Counted from the first letter of the stretch, positions 50,694-61,160 are shown. The stretch: 61,449 bases of DNA from Candidatus Caldarchaeum sp. (GCA_038844785.1 JAWBRA010000011.1:1-61449); one strand, 5' to 3'. A program made the numbers and translations. Notes: generated from the sequence alone by a model not told the origin.

Positions 50694-51306
50694 ACCGCCG
50701 ATCATGCTGGTGGCAGACTGGGGATTGGCTGGAGACAGGCTGTTCAGCATAGTGGGGGACGTGCTCAAAGCAGGTTGCAGATGGCTGCTGGTTAGAGGAA
50801 AATCCTGTCCAGTACATGTTTTAGCCGAAGTAACCTCAAGAATCTTACAGCTTTCAGAGCCTTGGGGAGCCAAAGTATATGTAAGCGGCCATCCAGAAGT
50901 TGCAGCCGTCACCGGAGCGCATGGAGTACATCTGCCGTGGGGCGGAGACCCTAATTACTGCCGGAGAGCCTTGGGAGAACATGTGGCAGTAGGGATGTCC
51001 ACACATTCTTTAGAGGAGGCGTTACAAGCTGAGAGGTCTGGCGCAGATTACATAACCCTCAGCCCAATATTTCCCTCCATAAGCAAGCCTGGCTACAGCA
51101 AGTCGCTGGGTCTCGAGGGGTTGATGCAAGTAGTTCAAAGTGTCAGGATACCTGTCGTGGCGTTAGGAGGCGTAACAACTGGAAGAGCCCGGCAATGCCT
51201 GTCCAGCGGTGCAAGAGGCGTCGCCGTCTCTGGCTCGGTCATCTACTCGGAAACCCCTTACCATGTAATGGGCAAGCTAGTTAAAGAGGTTCGCTTATAT
51301 TTATGA
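50677..51306 (+). CDS. thiE: thiamine phosphate synthase / TenI family protein
   Basis: GVHL, STHSLEE, GADY, P.F.S.SKP and ALGG motifs; TenI is not excluded. Confidence 0.78.
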   Translation: MWEAPEPPIMLVADWGLAGDRLFSIVGDVLKAGCRWLLVRGKSCPVHVLAEVTSRILQLSEPWGAKVYVSGHPEVAAVTGAHGVHLPWGGDPNYCRRALGEHVAVGMSTHSLEEALQAERSGADYITLSPIFPSISKPGYSKSLGLEGLMQVVQSVRIPVVALGGVTTGRARQCLSSGARGVAVSGSVIYSETPYHVMGKLVKEVRLYL

Positions 51307-51405
51307 GCATCCAATCTTCATCACACAACAACATTCCTCACCAACTCACGTTACTGCTTCTAAAAGAGGCTAACTATTTTTAACTGGTTTTCTTAACCGA
51401 TTTCC

Positions 51406-52056
51406 ATGGTTAGGACATATAAGCTAACGGGTTTAAGAAAGGCCATAGCTGAGAGGCTGGGTTACAGCCTGCGCACGTCGTTGCCCGTTGCGTTGATGAC
51501 CGATTTCGAAGCTTCCAAGCTACTTAACGTGTACAACGGTCTCAAAGAAAAACTGGGAGACGAAAGTCCCAGCATAACCGCTCTCTTAACCAAGTCTGTG
51601 GGCGACTTGCTCAGCCGCAACAAAGACTTCAACGCCGTAATCGAGGGCGACGAAGTGAAGGTCATGGACGAGGTCAACATAGCCATCGCCGTTGACACAC
51701 CTCGCGGTCTTTTCGCTCCAACGATAAAGAACGTGGAACTGAAGACTGTTTTTGAGATTGAGGCTGAGCTGAGGAGGCTTGTGGAGAGAGCTGAGAAAGG
51801 CACGATTACGTTGAACGAGCTGGTTGGACACAGCTTCACCATCTCAAACCTAGGACATCTAGATGTCATTTACTTCACGCCCATAATAAACCCGCCGGAC
51901 GTATGCATCTTAGGGGTTGGAGCGATAAAGGACTATGGCTATGGGCCTAGAGGCCATTTAACCCTCGTCTTCGACCACCGGGTTGTCGACGGAGGACCTG
52001 CAGCAGCCTTCTTACGGGAGATAAAGAAAACCTTAGAGAACCCTGCAACCCCCTGA
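51406..52056 (+). CDS. 2-oxoacid dehydrogenase E2 acyltransferase catalytic domain (stand-alone)
   Basis: FTISNLG, FTPIINPP and FDHRVVDG motifs; no lipoyl or E3-binding domain. Confidence 0.88.
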   Translation: MVRTYKLTGLRKAIAERLGYSLRTSLPVALMTDFEASKLLNVYNGLKEKLGDESPSITALLTKSVGDLLSRNKDFNAVIEGDEVKVMDEVNIAIAVDTPRGLFAPTIKNVELKTVFEIEAELRRLVERAEKGTITLNELVGHSFTISNLGHLDVIYFTPIINPPDVCILGVGAIKDYGYGPRGHLTLVFDHRVVDGGPAAAFLREIKKTLENPATP

Positions 52057-52099
52057 GACATCCATTCCGGATGCACAGATTTTTATTGTTGGCATTTTT

Positions 52100-53158
52100 T
52101 TGAAAAACGTGTCGTATGCGGTGGCGGTGCTTGCCAGCCACAGCGCCTTAGACGTCTTGGACGGGGCGAGAGACGAGGGCTTCAAAACCGTTGCGGTTGC
52201 CGCAAAAGGACGTGAAACAGCTTACAGGGAGTTTCCGATCGTCGACGAGCTCATAGTTCTCAACAACTACGTCGAGATTGCTTCGCAGGAAATTCAGGAT
52301 AAGCTTAAGGCCTTGCCGTCTGTGTTCGTGCCCAACAGAAGCTTCGCGGTCTACGTCGGCTACGACAGGATAGAGAAGATGTTTGACGTTCCTGTCTTCG
52401 GCAACAAGTATCTTTTAAGATGGGAGGAGAGGACAGGAGACGCAAACTATTACAAGCTTCTTGACGAAGCTGGTATACGCAGGCCTAGGACGCTTACGCT
52501 GGATAGGGTGGAGGGGCCTGTCATCGTCAAGCTACCCGAATCCAGACGTAGGGCTGAGAGAGCTTTCTTCATAGCCAACGACGGCAGAGACTTTGAGATT
52601 AAGCTCAAGAGGTTGAAGGAGAAAGGATTGGTTGACGACTTGTCGGTTGAACAGGCCTCCGTCGAAGAGCTTGTCCTCGGAGCGCACTTCAACGCCAACT
52701 TCTTCCACAGCATGGTGAGGAAAAGGCTTGAGCTCCACAGCATCGACAGGAGAATACAGTCAAACCTTGACGGCGTCTTCAGGCTTCCCGCCGCAGACCA
52801 GCTCGACATAAGCCCCGTAGTCAGGTACGTGGAGGTGGGCCATGAGCCTGCCACGATAAGGGAGAGCCTGCTCGAGAAAGTCTTCCAAGCAGGACATGCC
52901 TTCGTCAAAGCCTGTGAAAAGCTTGTCCCCCCGGGCGTTATCGGGCCTTTCACCCTCCAGTTCCTCGTTACGCCGGAGCTTGACATAGTCGTCTACGATG
53001 TTGCTTTGAGGATTGGAGGGGGGACGAACGTTTACCTCGGGCTTGGAGGACAGTACAGCAAGCTATACCATGGAAGGCCCTTAAGCATGGGGAGGAGGGT
53101 CGCTATGGAGATTAGAGAGGCCATCGATGCTGGGATGTTGTCTAAGGTGGTTACGTGA
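52100..53158 (+). CDS. purP: PurP family ATP-grasp (FAICAR synthetase-like), paralog 1
   Basis: ASHSALD, PNRSF, RESLLE, GPFTLQ and SMGRR motifs. Confidence 0.85.
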   Translation: MKNVSYAVAVLASHSALDVLDGARDEGFKTVAVAAKGRETAYREFPIVDELIVLNNYVEIASQEIQDKLKALPSVFVPNRSFAVYVGYDRIEKMFDVPVFGNKYLLRWEERTGDANYYKLLDEAGIRRPRTLTLDRVEGPVIVKLPESRRRAERAFFIANDGRDFEIKLKRLKEKGLVDDLSVEQASVEELVLGAHFNANFFHSMVRKRLELHSIDRRIQSNLDGVFRLPAADQLDISPVVRYVEVGHEPATIRESLLEKVFQAGHAFVKACEKLVPPGVIGPFTLQFLVTPELDIVVYDVALRIGGGTNVYLGLGGQYSKLYHGRPLSMGRRVAMEIREAIDAGMLSKVVT

Positions 53159-54156
53159 AGGCTGTGAAAACCTACAACGCTGAAAGGATTACGGTGGCGA
53201 CGTTGGCGAGCCACACAGCTCTTCAGATTCTCCGGGCCGCCAAGCATGCAGGTTTCAGGACGCTGGCAATAGCATCAGCCAGCACGTCAGACTTCTACAG
53301 ACGGTTCAGCTTCGTCGACACCGTCTTTACGGCTTCTCCCAGAGACATAGAGCGGCTGGCGCCTCACCTGGTTGAACGCAACACCATCTTCATACCTCAC
53401 GGAAGCTTCGTCGAATACTACGGGCCTGAGAAAGCGCAGGAATTTAACGTCCCGTTTTTCGGAACAAGGAGGCTCATCGCAGTGGAGACATCGCAGTCAC
53501 AGAAGATGCAGCTTTTACGTGAGGCTGGGCTTCCCATCCCGAGAGAGTATCCATCAGCGGAGGACGCCCAACCTCCTGTGATAGTCAAGTTTCAGGGCGC
53601 GAAAGGCGGCAAAGGCTACTTCATCGCAAAAGACAAGAAGACCATTCAGGAGAAACTGGGTGGAACAAACGAACCATACATAATCCAAGAATATTTAATA
53701 GGCGTACCCGCCTACGTTCACTTTTTCGCGTCGCCGTTGTTTGACAGGGTTGAGCTTTTCGGAGCAGACGTCAGGTATGAGTCGAACGTCGACGGCAGGG
53801 TTCTGGGATTAGCCGAACCATCTTTCACGGTCGTGGGAAACAGGCCTCTGGTCCTAAGAGAATCTCTTCTCCCTAAGCTCGTCGAATACGGGGAAGCTTT
53901 CGCAAAAGCAGTAGAGAAAAAGACCGGGCAAAAGATGATAGGGCCATTCTGTCTTGAGACAATAATAAACGAAAACATGGACGTCAAGGTTTTTGAGTTT
54001 TCTGGAAGGATTGTGGCTGGGACAAACGTTTACATGGGTGTTGGGTCACCCTACTCAACGCTTTACTTCGACAACCCCATGGACATGGGTGGGAGGATAG
54101 CTTTGGAGATAAGGGAGGCGGTTAAGAAAGGGCTTTTGGAGCTTGTTACAACGTGA
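53155..54156 (+). CDS. purP: PurP family ATP-grasp (FAICAR synthetase), paralog 2
   Basis: ASHTALQI, IPHGSF, GAKGGKGYF, RYESN and RIVAGTN motifs. Confidence 0.87.
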   Translation: MKAVKTYNAERITVATLASHTALQILRAAKHAGFRTLAIASASTSDFYRRFSFVDTVFTASPRDIERLAPHLVERNTIFIPHGSFVEYYGPEKAQEFNVPFFGTRRLIAVETSQSQKMQLLREAGLPIPREYPSAEDAQPPVIVKFQGAKGGKGYFIAKDKKTIQEKLGGTNEPYIIQEYLIGVPAYVHFFASPLFDRVELFGADVRYESNVDGRVLGLAEPSFTVVGNRPLVLRESLLPKLVEYGEAFAKAVEKKTGQKMIGPFCLETIINENMDVKVFEFSGRIVAGTNVYMGVGSPYSTLYFDNPMDMGGRIALEIREAVKKGLLELVTT

Positions 54157-54193
54157 CAGCTCGGATAAGCTTTAAAGGCTCAGAATACCTGTG

Positions 54194-55684
54194 ATGGATG
54201 GCTTGGTCAACTGGGATGGCGTCAAGCTTGAGCAGATCGGGATTGTGGCGAGCCCAGCCTATGAGAACAGTGCCATGTGCATACTGCAGGAGGGGAAGGA
54301 GACGGAGGTAACCGCGGAAACGCTCGTGCTTATCGACAACAGGAACGGCAACAAAATCATAGCCATATGCAGGGGCGGGCTGGGCAGCAACGACTCCCTC
54401 AAGACCAGCTACTACAACCCAGGCGTAGCCTACGCGAAAAGCGGCAAAGGCCCCAGCACAGCCAAGGAGTTTTTCGGCTTCACGCTCGTAGTGGTAGGAG
54501 ATGTCACCGACGGCGAGATAAAGCAGAACAAGGTGATAATCGCCCCTGCCTCACCTGTCTACAGGTTCGCGGAAGACTTCAACCCGATGCAGCTCTTCGG
54601 CAAAAGCAAACACACCATCGGATACTACGCCACGGGAAAGCCGTTGTGGAAAATCCCCGTCCTCACCGAATACATCCCGCATCACATAGGCATCTTCGGT
54701 GTAACAGGCTCGGGAAAATCTTTCCTAGCCCGTTACCAAGTTATCCCACTGCTACGTGAAGCCGGATACGACGTGTTGATATTCGACTGGAAGGGAAGCG
54801 ATTACGCACCCTATTACGAGAACGTGGTTAGCATGGGCGACATAGAGCTGGACGAGCAGGCTGTTGTCTCGTATCTGGCTGAGAAGCTGAGCTACTTTGG
54901 CGACGGAACAATAGGCAAGAACCTTGTTTCATACCTTGAGGAAGTTGTCTCCGAAGGCGATTGGCGTGGTGCGAATGAGGAGGAGACGAAGAAAAAGCTT
55001 TGGTCTGGGATTTACGCAATAATATCGAGCGACAACGTTGACGCGTCCGGTAAACCAAGCAGGTGGGTAAACATTTACACGCAGAAGGCGGAACGGTATT
55101 TTGCAAAGCTTTCCAGCGAAGACCTCAAGCCTGTGATGGGTAGGATGACCCCTGCGGAGTTGGTGGAAAGGCTTAGAGAAAGCCATGTGCTCGTCGTCGA
55201 CCTAAGCTACGGCTCCAAGGAGCAGAAGCTAAGCATCTTCCTGTCAATCGCACGCTATCTAAAGAAGCTGATGGAGGAGAAGAACAAACTCAACATTGCT
55301 TTGGTGGTAGACGAAGCGCCACAATACTGTCCATGGAGCCCAAAAGGCCTTGAAGAGGAAACAACCCGCGAGATGATAGGAATAGCGGCGCTCGGAAGGT
55401 CTTACGGGCTTTCGATAACCTTGATAGCTCAGGGAATTGCTGGCGAGATTGGCATAAACGCCGCCGTCAGAAGAAACCTAAACACGCTTTTCATAGGCCG
55501 TATCCACCCCCTCGACGCACAAGAAGCCGAAAAGTTTTTCGCAACATCGTTGGTCGACGCATCCAGCCTGCTACGCCTGCCTGAAGGACAGTTCTACCTG
55601 ATCGGAAAGATGAACCCCTCCCCCGTGCCGTTGCTGCTCACTTTCGAGATTCCAGAGGAGGAGAAGGTTGGCGGAAATCGGTGA
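54194..55684 (+). CDS. HerA/FtsK-like ATPase (DUF87) with N-terminal barrel
   Basis: HIGIFGVTGSGKS, FDWKG, VDEA, GRSYG and AQ motifs. Confidence 0.85.
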   Translation: MDGLVNWDGVKLEQIGIVASPAYENSAMCILQEGKETEVTAETLVLIDNRNGNKIIAICRGGLGSNDSLKTSYYNPGVAYAKSGKGPSTAKEFFGFTLVVVGDVTDGEIKQNKVIIAPASPVYRFAEDFNPMQLFGKSKHTIGYYATGKPLWKIPVLTEYIPHHIGIFGVTGSGKSFLARYQVIPLLREAGYDVLIFDWKGSDYAPYYENVVSMGDIELDEQAVVSYLAEKLSYFGDGTIGKNLVSYLEEVVSEGDWRGANEEETKKKLWSGIYAIISSDNVDASGKPSRWVNIYTQKAERYFAKLSSEDLKPVMGRMTPAELVERLRESHVLVVDLSYGSKEQKLSIFLSIARYLKKLMEEKNKLNIALVVDEAPQYCPWSPKGLEEETTREMIGIAALGRSYGLSITLIAQGIAGEIGINAAVRRNLNTLFIGRIHPLDAQEAEKFFATSLVDASSLLRLPEGQFYLIGKMNPSPVPLLLTFEIPEEEKVGGNR

Positions 55685-56948
55685 GGAGCTGCCCGACTTC
55701 CTCAAGCTCCCCCGACCTCTTCAGGAAAAATTCTTCACAGCAGTAGAAGAAGAGGTCAAAGATCTCGTCGAAACCATAAGCCGCTTCTCAAACTCGGTAA
55801 AAAATGTCAGAGAAGAGCTTAGCCGTGGAATCAGAAAGTTCACCCCCGTCGACGATTGGAAGGGTCTTTCAGTCGCTGTTGTCGACGGCTCGGACGTGCC
55901 TGCCGTGGATGATAGGATAGGGTTGAGATACGGGCTTTACGCAGTCGCCTACAAGATCTTCAAAGGCCTCGACCCTGTTGACGGAGAGGAGAACTATTTC
56001 GGCGACAGGCTCGCTGGAAGAATAAGCACAAGCAGAGACAGCTTCCTCAAAATCCTAGACCTGATAACAACTTATTACGAAAGGCTGACTGCAGCCCATC
56101 TCCTTCAGAAGAACATCGACCTGCTCATTGTTGACGGAAGCTTCTTCGGATACAGGACCGGATGCAGCATGGTCAAAAACGACCCTTTAAACTGGAAAGA
56201 CCCGGTGACGGGCTGGCAATTCCCAAATGTTTTCAGTTTGATAAAGAAGATTAACGAGCTGACAGAGAAGGTTCTCCTATCCCATAGGGCTGTAGGAGTA
56301 ATCAAACGGGTTCCGACGACGGCGATTGACGGCTATCTCTGCTACAAACACGGCTTCGATAAAGGGATTGAGCTAAGCGACAGGTCTATTCTGAGCCTGA
56401 TAATGCAGGCTGGCGAGATATTCGACTACGAAGAGATGTTTGGCCCAGACCTTCGATACGATGTTTTTTCATGGTTCAGGCAGACGGCTAGGGAAGAATC
56501 TATTCGTAAAAAAGGCAGGGACGCTGTGTTGAAGAACGCTCAGAGGCGTGTTTTGGTTCAGCTTGTCGCAGACTTAACGGACTGGAAACGCTCCACAGGC
56601 GGCAAATGGGAAAACTACGCGAAGGACTCTATCGTGACGGCTGCCAGAAGCACAACAAGGGTTTTCCTCAGGACTGTTGAAGACTTGCCGCCGGTCTGCA
56701 TCGAATTCCATCAAAATATCAGCCGAGAAATGCTCGACAAAGCTTTCTCCTACATCTTTGCGACCGCAAACCCTGCAACCGGTCTTCCGCTCCCCCTAGA
56801 CCTTGTTGACGAGCTTGTCTCGCTTCCACGAGGCATAGGTAAAGAGTTCATAAACGAGATAGAGGCCGAACTCGTGCGCAAGGGATTGAGCAAGGAAAGC
56901 TTGCTCGCCGTTTTCAGCCGCTACAACCCTCAGAAAGACGAGCTTTAA
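55668..56948 (+). CDS. NurA-domain nuclease
   Basis: AVVDGS and LIVDGS motifs, VGVIKR, C-terminal GLPLPLDLVD; overlaps the HerA-like gene. Confidence 0.8.
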   Translation: MAEIGEELPDFLKLPRPLQEKFFTAVEEEVKDLVETISRFSNSVKNVREELSRGIRKFTPVDDWKGLSVAVVDGSDVPAVDDRIGLRYGLYAVAYKIFKGLDPVDGEENYFGDRLAGRISTSRDSFLKILDLITTYYERLTAAHLLQKNIDLLIVDGSFFGYRTGCSMVKNDPLNWKDPVTGWQFPNVFSLIKKINELTEKVLLSHRAVGVIKRVPTTAIDGYLCYKHGFDKGIELSDRSILSLIMQAGEIFDYEEMFGPDLRYDVFSWFRQTAREESIRKKGRDAVLKNAQRRVLVQLVADLTDWKRSTGGKWENYAKDSIVTAARSTTRVFLRTVEDLPPVCIEFHQNISREMLDKAFSYIFATANPATGLPLPLDLVDELVSLPRGIGKEFINEIEAELVRKGLSKESLLAVFSRYNPQKDEL

Positions 56949-56964
56949 TGGAGGTTGGCGGATT

Positions 56965-57894
56965 GTGACGGCAGAAATCGCAGCAGGCCTGGCAGGCAGC
57001 ATAACAATTCTGTTGTTGTCCACTGTTGCTTTTGTTGACGCTGTCGAGGTTTTGTCAAGCAGGCTTAAACTCACGAGATTCGCTACCGGAGCTTTAATCG
57101 CAGCAGTGTTCACAGCATTGCCGGAGACAATCATAGCTATCTTATCTCCATTCCATGAAAAAGCTTCGGCGAGCTTGGTTGGGATGGGGAGCGTTTTGGC
57201 TGCGCCGTCGATAACCGTCTTAGTAGGAGCGCCGTTAGCCTCTTTATTCTGGAGAGGTCAGACGACTCACAAAGGAGTAGCAAAAAACTATCTCCTTTTC
57301 GCAGTCTTTATCACCTTTGCTGTCGTTCTCTCGCAACTCAGCCTTGGCTCGTTAAAGTTCGCAACAGCCACGGTCTTCATCCTTCTCTATCTCTACCTCG
57401 CGCGCTCCATCTACCTTGAAACAGGTGAGTTGATGGACGTTGGTAGAGCATCTTTTCTAGAGAGGCTTCTCCGCATGGAGAGCATAGGTGTTGTCTTGCT
57501 GCAGACGGCCGCGTCAACCGCCGGCCTTCTAGCAGGAGCCGACCTATTCCTAGATGTTATGTCGGACTCTGTAAACCCTTTTGCGCTGACGTTGTTTTTC
57601 TCACCTTTCGCCACATGTCTTGAAGAGGTTTTGGTAGCGTTTTACTGGGTTCTTAAAAACAAGACAGACATAGCTCTCAGCCTTCTCTCAGGTGAAAACC
57701 TCATTCAGTCAACGTTCGTTGTAGGTGTTGGAATGGCTTTCACAGAATGGAGGCTTCCGCCGACTTCATTAATCATAACTGGTTTATACGGGCTGGCAGC
57801 CGCCGTCATGTCTGTTCTAGTTTTGAAGGGAAGGTTAAAGGCTGCCTTTGCCGTAGCCTTTCTCTACCCTCTATACCTTATTGCAGCAGCGTAG
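56965..57894 (+). CDS. sodium:calcium antiporter (CaCA) family protein
   Basis: Alpha repeats TALPE and TCLEE; about 10 TMs. Confidence 0.82.
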   Translation: MTAEIAAGLAGSITILLLSTVAFVDAVEVLSSRLKLTRFATGALIAAVFTALPETIIAILSPFHEKASASLVGMGSVLAAPSITVLVGAPLASLFWRGQTTHKGVAKNYLLFAVFITFAVVLSQLSLGSLKFATATVFILLYLYLARSIYLETGELMDVGRASFLERLLRMESIGVVLLQTAASTAGLLAGADLFLDVMSDSVNPFALTLFFSPFATCLEEVLVAFYWVLKNKTDIALSLLSGENLIQSTFVVGVGMAFTEWRLPPTSLIITGLYGLAAAVMSVLVLKGRLKAAFAVAFLYPLYLIAAA

Positions 57895-57897
57895 CCT

Positions 57898-59790
57898 TCA
57901 ACGAGACCTCATAGACTCGACGACCTGGGCAACCATGCTGTAGAGGAGTTTGCCGTCTATTTTTCCACGGTATTTCTTCATCAGGTCCCCCATCAGCTTG
58001 TTGACTAGGCGGGGGTCGTCGAGCTCGTCCAGATGGTTTGAAACCAAGCTCTTTATCTCATCTTCGAGCATTGCGGGAGAGACTGCGGTGATTCCAAGCG
58101 TTTTGACGGCTTCTTCGACGGATGCGTTGGGGTTCCTGCTCAGCCAGCCGAGCAAGTCCGGCAACACCTCCTTCGAAAACATACCCTCAGCCAAAGCCTT
58201 GAAAACCTCGATGAAGTTTTTATCAGTCAGCTGTTGAACCGGATATCCGTCTCGGCTCAAGCTGGTAACTGTTTCGGTTAGAGCTGTTGCTACAACGCTG
58301 GCGGGTAAGCCTAGGCTGTCGACTATGTTTGTGAACAACTCTTCCCTTTCGGCATCTATGAGCCCTTCAACAAGCTGACGGCTCAAGCCATACTTGGCTG
58401 AAAGTTTTCGAGCTGTTTCGTCAAGCGTTTCCGGCAGATTTCTTCTCAGCCTCTCCAGCAGCTCCATGCTCACTGGGACGGGCGGTATGTCTGTTTCAGG
58501 ATACATCCTCGCAGCACCCGGTCTTGGCCTCATGTAAACTGTCAAGCCGTCGGGCCTAGCTGCTCTTGTCTCGCTCGGCACACCTTCTACAGCCTCGACC
58601 GCCCGCTGGTAAACGGCTCTCAGCGCTTCGAAGGCTCTGCTGGGCTCGTCGACCACTACCACTACGGCGTCCAACGGACCTGCCTCAGCTGCTTTTTTGA
58701 GCTTTTCAACCTCTTCGGCGGATATCCCGTAGCCGGGGAGCTCGTCTGTGTGCAGTATGCCTTCAACTTCTCCCCATGCCTTGGCGTGGCCGGCGAGCTC
58801 GGCCCCCAGCCTGACCCCCTTCACAGGCTCCTTGGACAGAAGTCCGGCGAACTTTGGGAGTTTTAGGGCTAAAGCCCTGCCGCCGGCTTCAAGCTTTTTC
58901 CTAACCGTCGACGATTTTGTGGATGAGAAGAGCTCCGTTACGTCTACCGGGTTGAACTGAGGCAGCATCCCTCCCCCAAGCCTCTCCCGCAGCTCCTTCG
59001 AAACCTCAAGCAGGTGGAGCTGCCGTCTCACTTCGTTTTCTACAACTGGTGCTATGAGCTCAAGCTCCTGAACACCTTTAATCTCGGTCATCGCTCCGCC
59101 TATGATTGAGACGTTAAGGTCTTGCCTAACCGTTCCCAGCCCTCTCTTTACTTTCCTGCTGGCCCTCAGCACGTTGCCGATGGCTTTCGCTACTTTCATG
59201 GCCTCCGTCGGCGAGGTTATCACGGGTGCTGTCGAAACCTCTATCAAAGGGATTCCAAGCCGAGACAAATCGTACTCAACCACACCCCTTCCCATGGAAA
59301 CTATTCTGGCGGCGTCTTCTTCGAGGGTGATCGTCTGTATAGGTATCTGCTTGCCGTCAACAACAAGATGGCCTCCTACCGCCACTATGCATGTTCTCTG
59401 GAAGCCTGACGTGTTGGAGCCGTCTATGACAATCTTTCTCATCACATGGATTTCGTCAACGGGTGTTGCGTTGAGCAGCAAAGCTATGGTGAGGGCTGTT
59501 TCTACGGCTTCAGGGTTTAGTGGATGAGGTGGCTCTTCATCCATCTCAACAAGGCAGACGTTAGAAGGGTTGGCATGGTAAATTATCTTTTTACGTTTCT
59601 TGGATTCGAACAAGGCCGCTGGGTCTACTGTCCCGACCTCGCTCTGGGCCTCCCGAAGGTATCGGGTTATCTTGACGACTTTCCCGTTTTCGACAGGCTC
59701 GGTTGGACATCTGCAGAAAAGCTTGTGCTTGGTGTCGAGCTGACGGTGTACCTCAACGCCAACCTTCAAACCCAGCTTTTCGTAATCCAT
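57898..59790 (-). CDS. gatE: Glu-tRNA(Gln) amidotransferase subunit E
   Basis: GVEVHRQL, DEEPPH, IDGSNTSGFQRT, RLGIPLIE and RMYPETD motifs. Confidence 0.96.
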   Translation of the reverse strand: MDYEKLGLKVGVEVHRQLDTKHKLFCRCPTEPVENGKVVKITRYLREAQSEVGTVDPAALFESKKRKKIIYHANPSNVCLVEMDEEPPHPLNPEAVETALTIALLLNATPVDEIHVMRKIVIDGSNTSGFQRTCIVAVGGHLVVDGKQIPIQTITLEEDAARIVSMGRGVVEYDLSRLGIPLIEVSTAPVITSPTEAMKVAKAIGNVLRASRKVKRGLGTVRQDLNVSIIGGAMTEIKGVQELELIAPVVENEVRRQLHLLEVSKELRERLGGGMLPQFNPVDVTELFSSTKSSTVRKKLEAGGRALALKLPKFAGLLSKEPVKGVRLGAELAGHAKAWGEVEGILHTDELPGYGISAEEVEKLKKAAEAGPLDAVVVVVDEPSRAFEALRAVYQRAVEAVEGVPSETRAARPDGLTVYMRPRPGAARMYPETDIPPVPVSMELLERLRRNLPETLDETARKLSAKYGLSRQLVEGLIDAEREELFTNIVDSLGLPASVVATALTETVTSLSRDGYPVQQLTDKNFIEVFKALAEGMFSKEVLPDLLGWLSRNPNASVEEAVKTLGITAVSPAMLEDEIKSLVSNHLDELDDPRLVNKLMGDLMKKYRGKIDGKLLYSMVAQVVESMRSR

Positions 59791-59810
59791 TCCCTCTCAG
59801 CCCATGAAGT

Positions 59811-61160
59811 TTAGCTCAAGCTGCTGACAACGTCGTATTGTGGATATGTCCTGTTTCCTATCTCTCCGCAGAGGTTTGCCAGCATCAGCTGCCTGACCTC
59901 CTCCAATGTTGCATTAGGGCCGAGAACTTCCAAAACCCACATCAGCTTGACCAAGGATGTTTCAGCAAGCATGTCGTCTAAAGGCGTGACTCCGGCCCGC
60001 ATAAGGTCGCGTCCATTGTCGTAAACGTTCATGTTAACCCTGCCGTGCCTGCATTGGCTCGTCATCCCGATGAACACGCCTTTGTCTACTAGATCTTTAA
60101 TCAAGGGTATGAACGATGACGCGACATGTCCCAGCCCCGTACCCTCCAGAATGACCCCCCTTAGGTTAAATCTTTCAACAATGACTTCGAGTACTTCAGG
60201 CTTCATCCCTGGGAAGAATTTTATAAGCATGGCTCTCTCGTCGAAGTAGGGCTGGAATCTGTAGCTGCCGCTGTTTCTTGGGCTGTATTGTTTGCTCAAA
60301 ATTTTTATCCCTGCAGGGGTTTTGACCGCCAGCGGCTCTGCGTTCACTGACTGGAAGGCTCCTCGGCTGCTTGTGTGGAGCTTGACAACCCTAGTCCCCC
60401 GGTGTATGAGGATGCTGTCGTCTGAATGCCAGCCATGCATGCATACAACCACTTCCGCGAAAGGTGCTTTGGACGCAACCTCGACCGCTGCGATTAGATT
60501 TGTAGCTGCGTCGCTTGAAGGCCTGTCGGAGGACCTTTGAGCGCCCACCAAAACAACGGGAATGGGTGTGCCCAGTAGGGCGAAGCTGAGGGCGGCGGCT
60601 GTGTAGCCCATCGTATCCGTCCCATGAGCTATAACTACTCCTTCAAACCCTTCACGTATCAGCTGGTCAACCCGCTCCGCCATTTTCGTCCAGTGGTGAG
60701 GCGTGAGGTTCTCGCTGTAAACCTGCATCAAAATTTCCGCGGAAACGTTTGCAACCTCAGCCAGCTCCGGCACTATGCTGACCAGGTCTGCTGCTGAAAG
60801 CGCAGGCCTGACCCCGCCCGTTCTGTAGTCTATCCTGCTGGCTATTGTCCCGCCTGTGCTTACCACTGCGACGCGGGGGAGGTTTTCTCGGGGCTGCGGC
60901 GGCGGAGGGGGTTTGAAGGCCGGCGGGCTTGTCTCAGCAAGCCTGACAATCCGTGTCTCATCATCCACTCGGACCCCTATGTTGTAGCCGTTCTTCAGCT
61001 TGAGAACGACTATGTCCGGGTCTCCGAACTCGTATCTTGTGATGACAAACCCACGGTAGACAGCTCCAGCTTTGCTTACCTCGACCTCGTCGCCGACCGA
61101 TACCCCAGCCCTGCGAAGCAACTGGGCTACACGTCCCCTGTATCCAAGATATTCATCCAT
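59811..61160 (-). CDS. gatD: Glu-tRNA(Gln) amidotransferase subunit D
   Basis: KLKNGYNIG, TGGTIASR, HGTDT, QRSSDRPSSD and GTGLGH motifs. Confidence 0.96.
   Translation of the reverse strand: MDEYLGYRGRVAQLLRRAGVSVGDEVEVSKAGAVYRGFVITRYEFGDPDIVVLKLKNGYNIGVRVDDETRIVRLAETSPPAFKPPPPPQPRENLPRVAVVSTGGTIASRIDYRTGGVRPALSAADLVSIVPELAEVANVSAEILMQVYSENLTPHHWTKMAERVDQLIREGFEGVVIAHGTDTMGYTAAALSFALLGTPIPVVLVGAQRSSDRPSSDAATNLIAAVEVASKAPFAEVVVCMHGWHSDDSILIHRGTRVVKLHTSSRGAFQSVNAEPLAVKTPAGIKILSKQYSPRNSGSYRFQPYFDERAMLIKFFPGMKPEVLEVIVERFNLRGVILEGTGLGHVASSFIPLIKDLVDKGVFIGMTSQCRHGRVNMNVYDNGRDLMRAGVTPLDDMLAETSLVKLMWVLEVLGPNATLEEVRQLMLANLCGEIGNRTYPQYDVVSSLS

Noticed and set aside
50184-50912. Long antisense/shadow ORFs (e.g. 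50184..50912, 19816..20481, 52450..52986)
   Set aside because: They fully overlap confidently identified genes on the other strand and have no motifs of their own.
52100-54156. Tandem purP paralogs as a novelty
   Set aside because: Paired PurP-family genes are well known in archaea.
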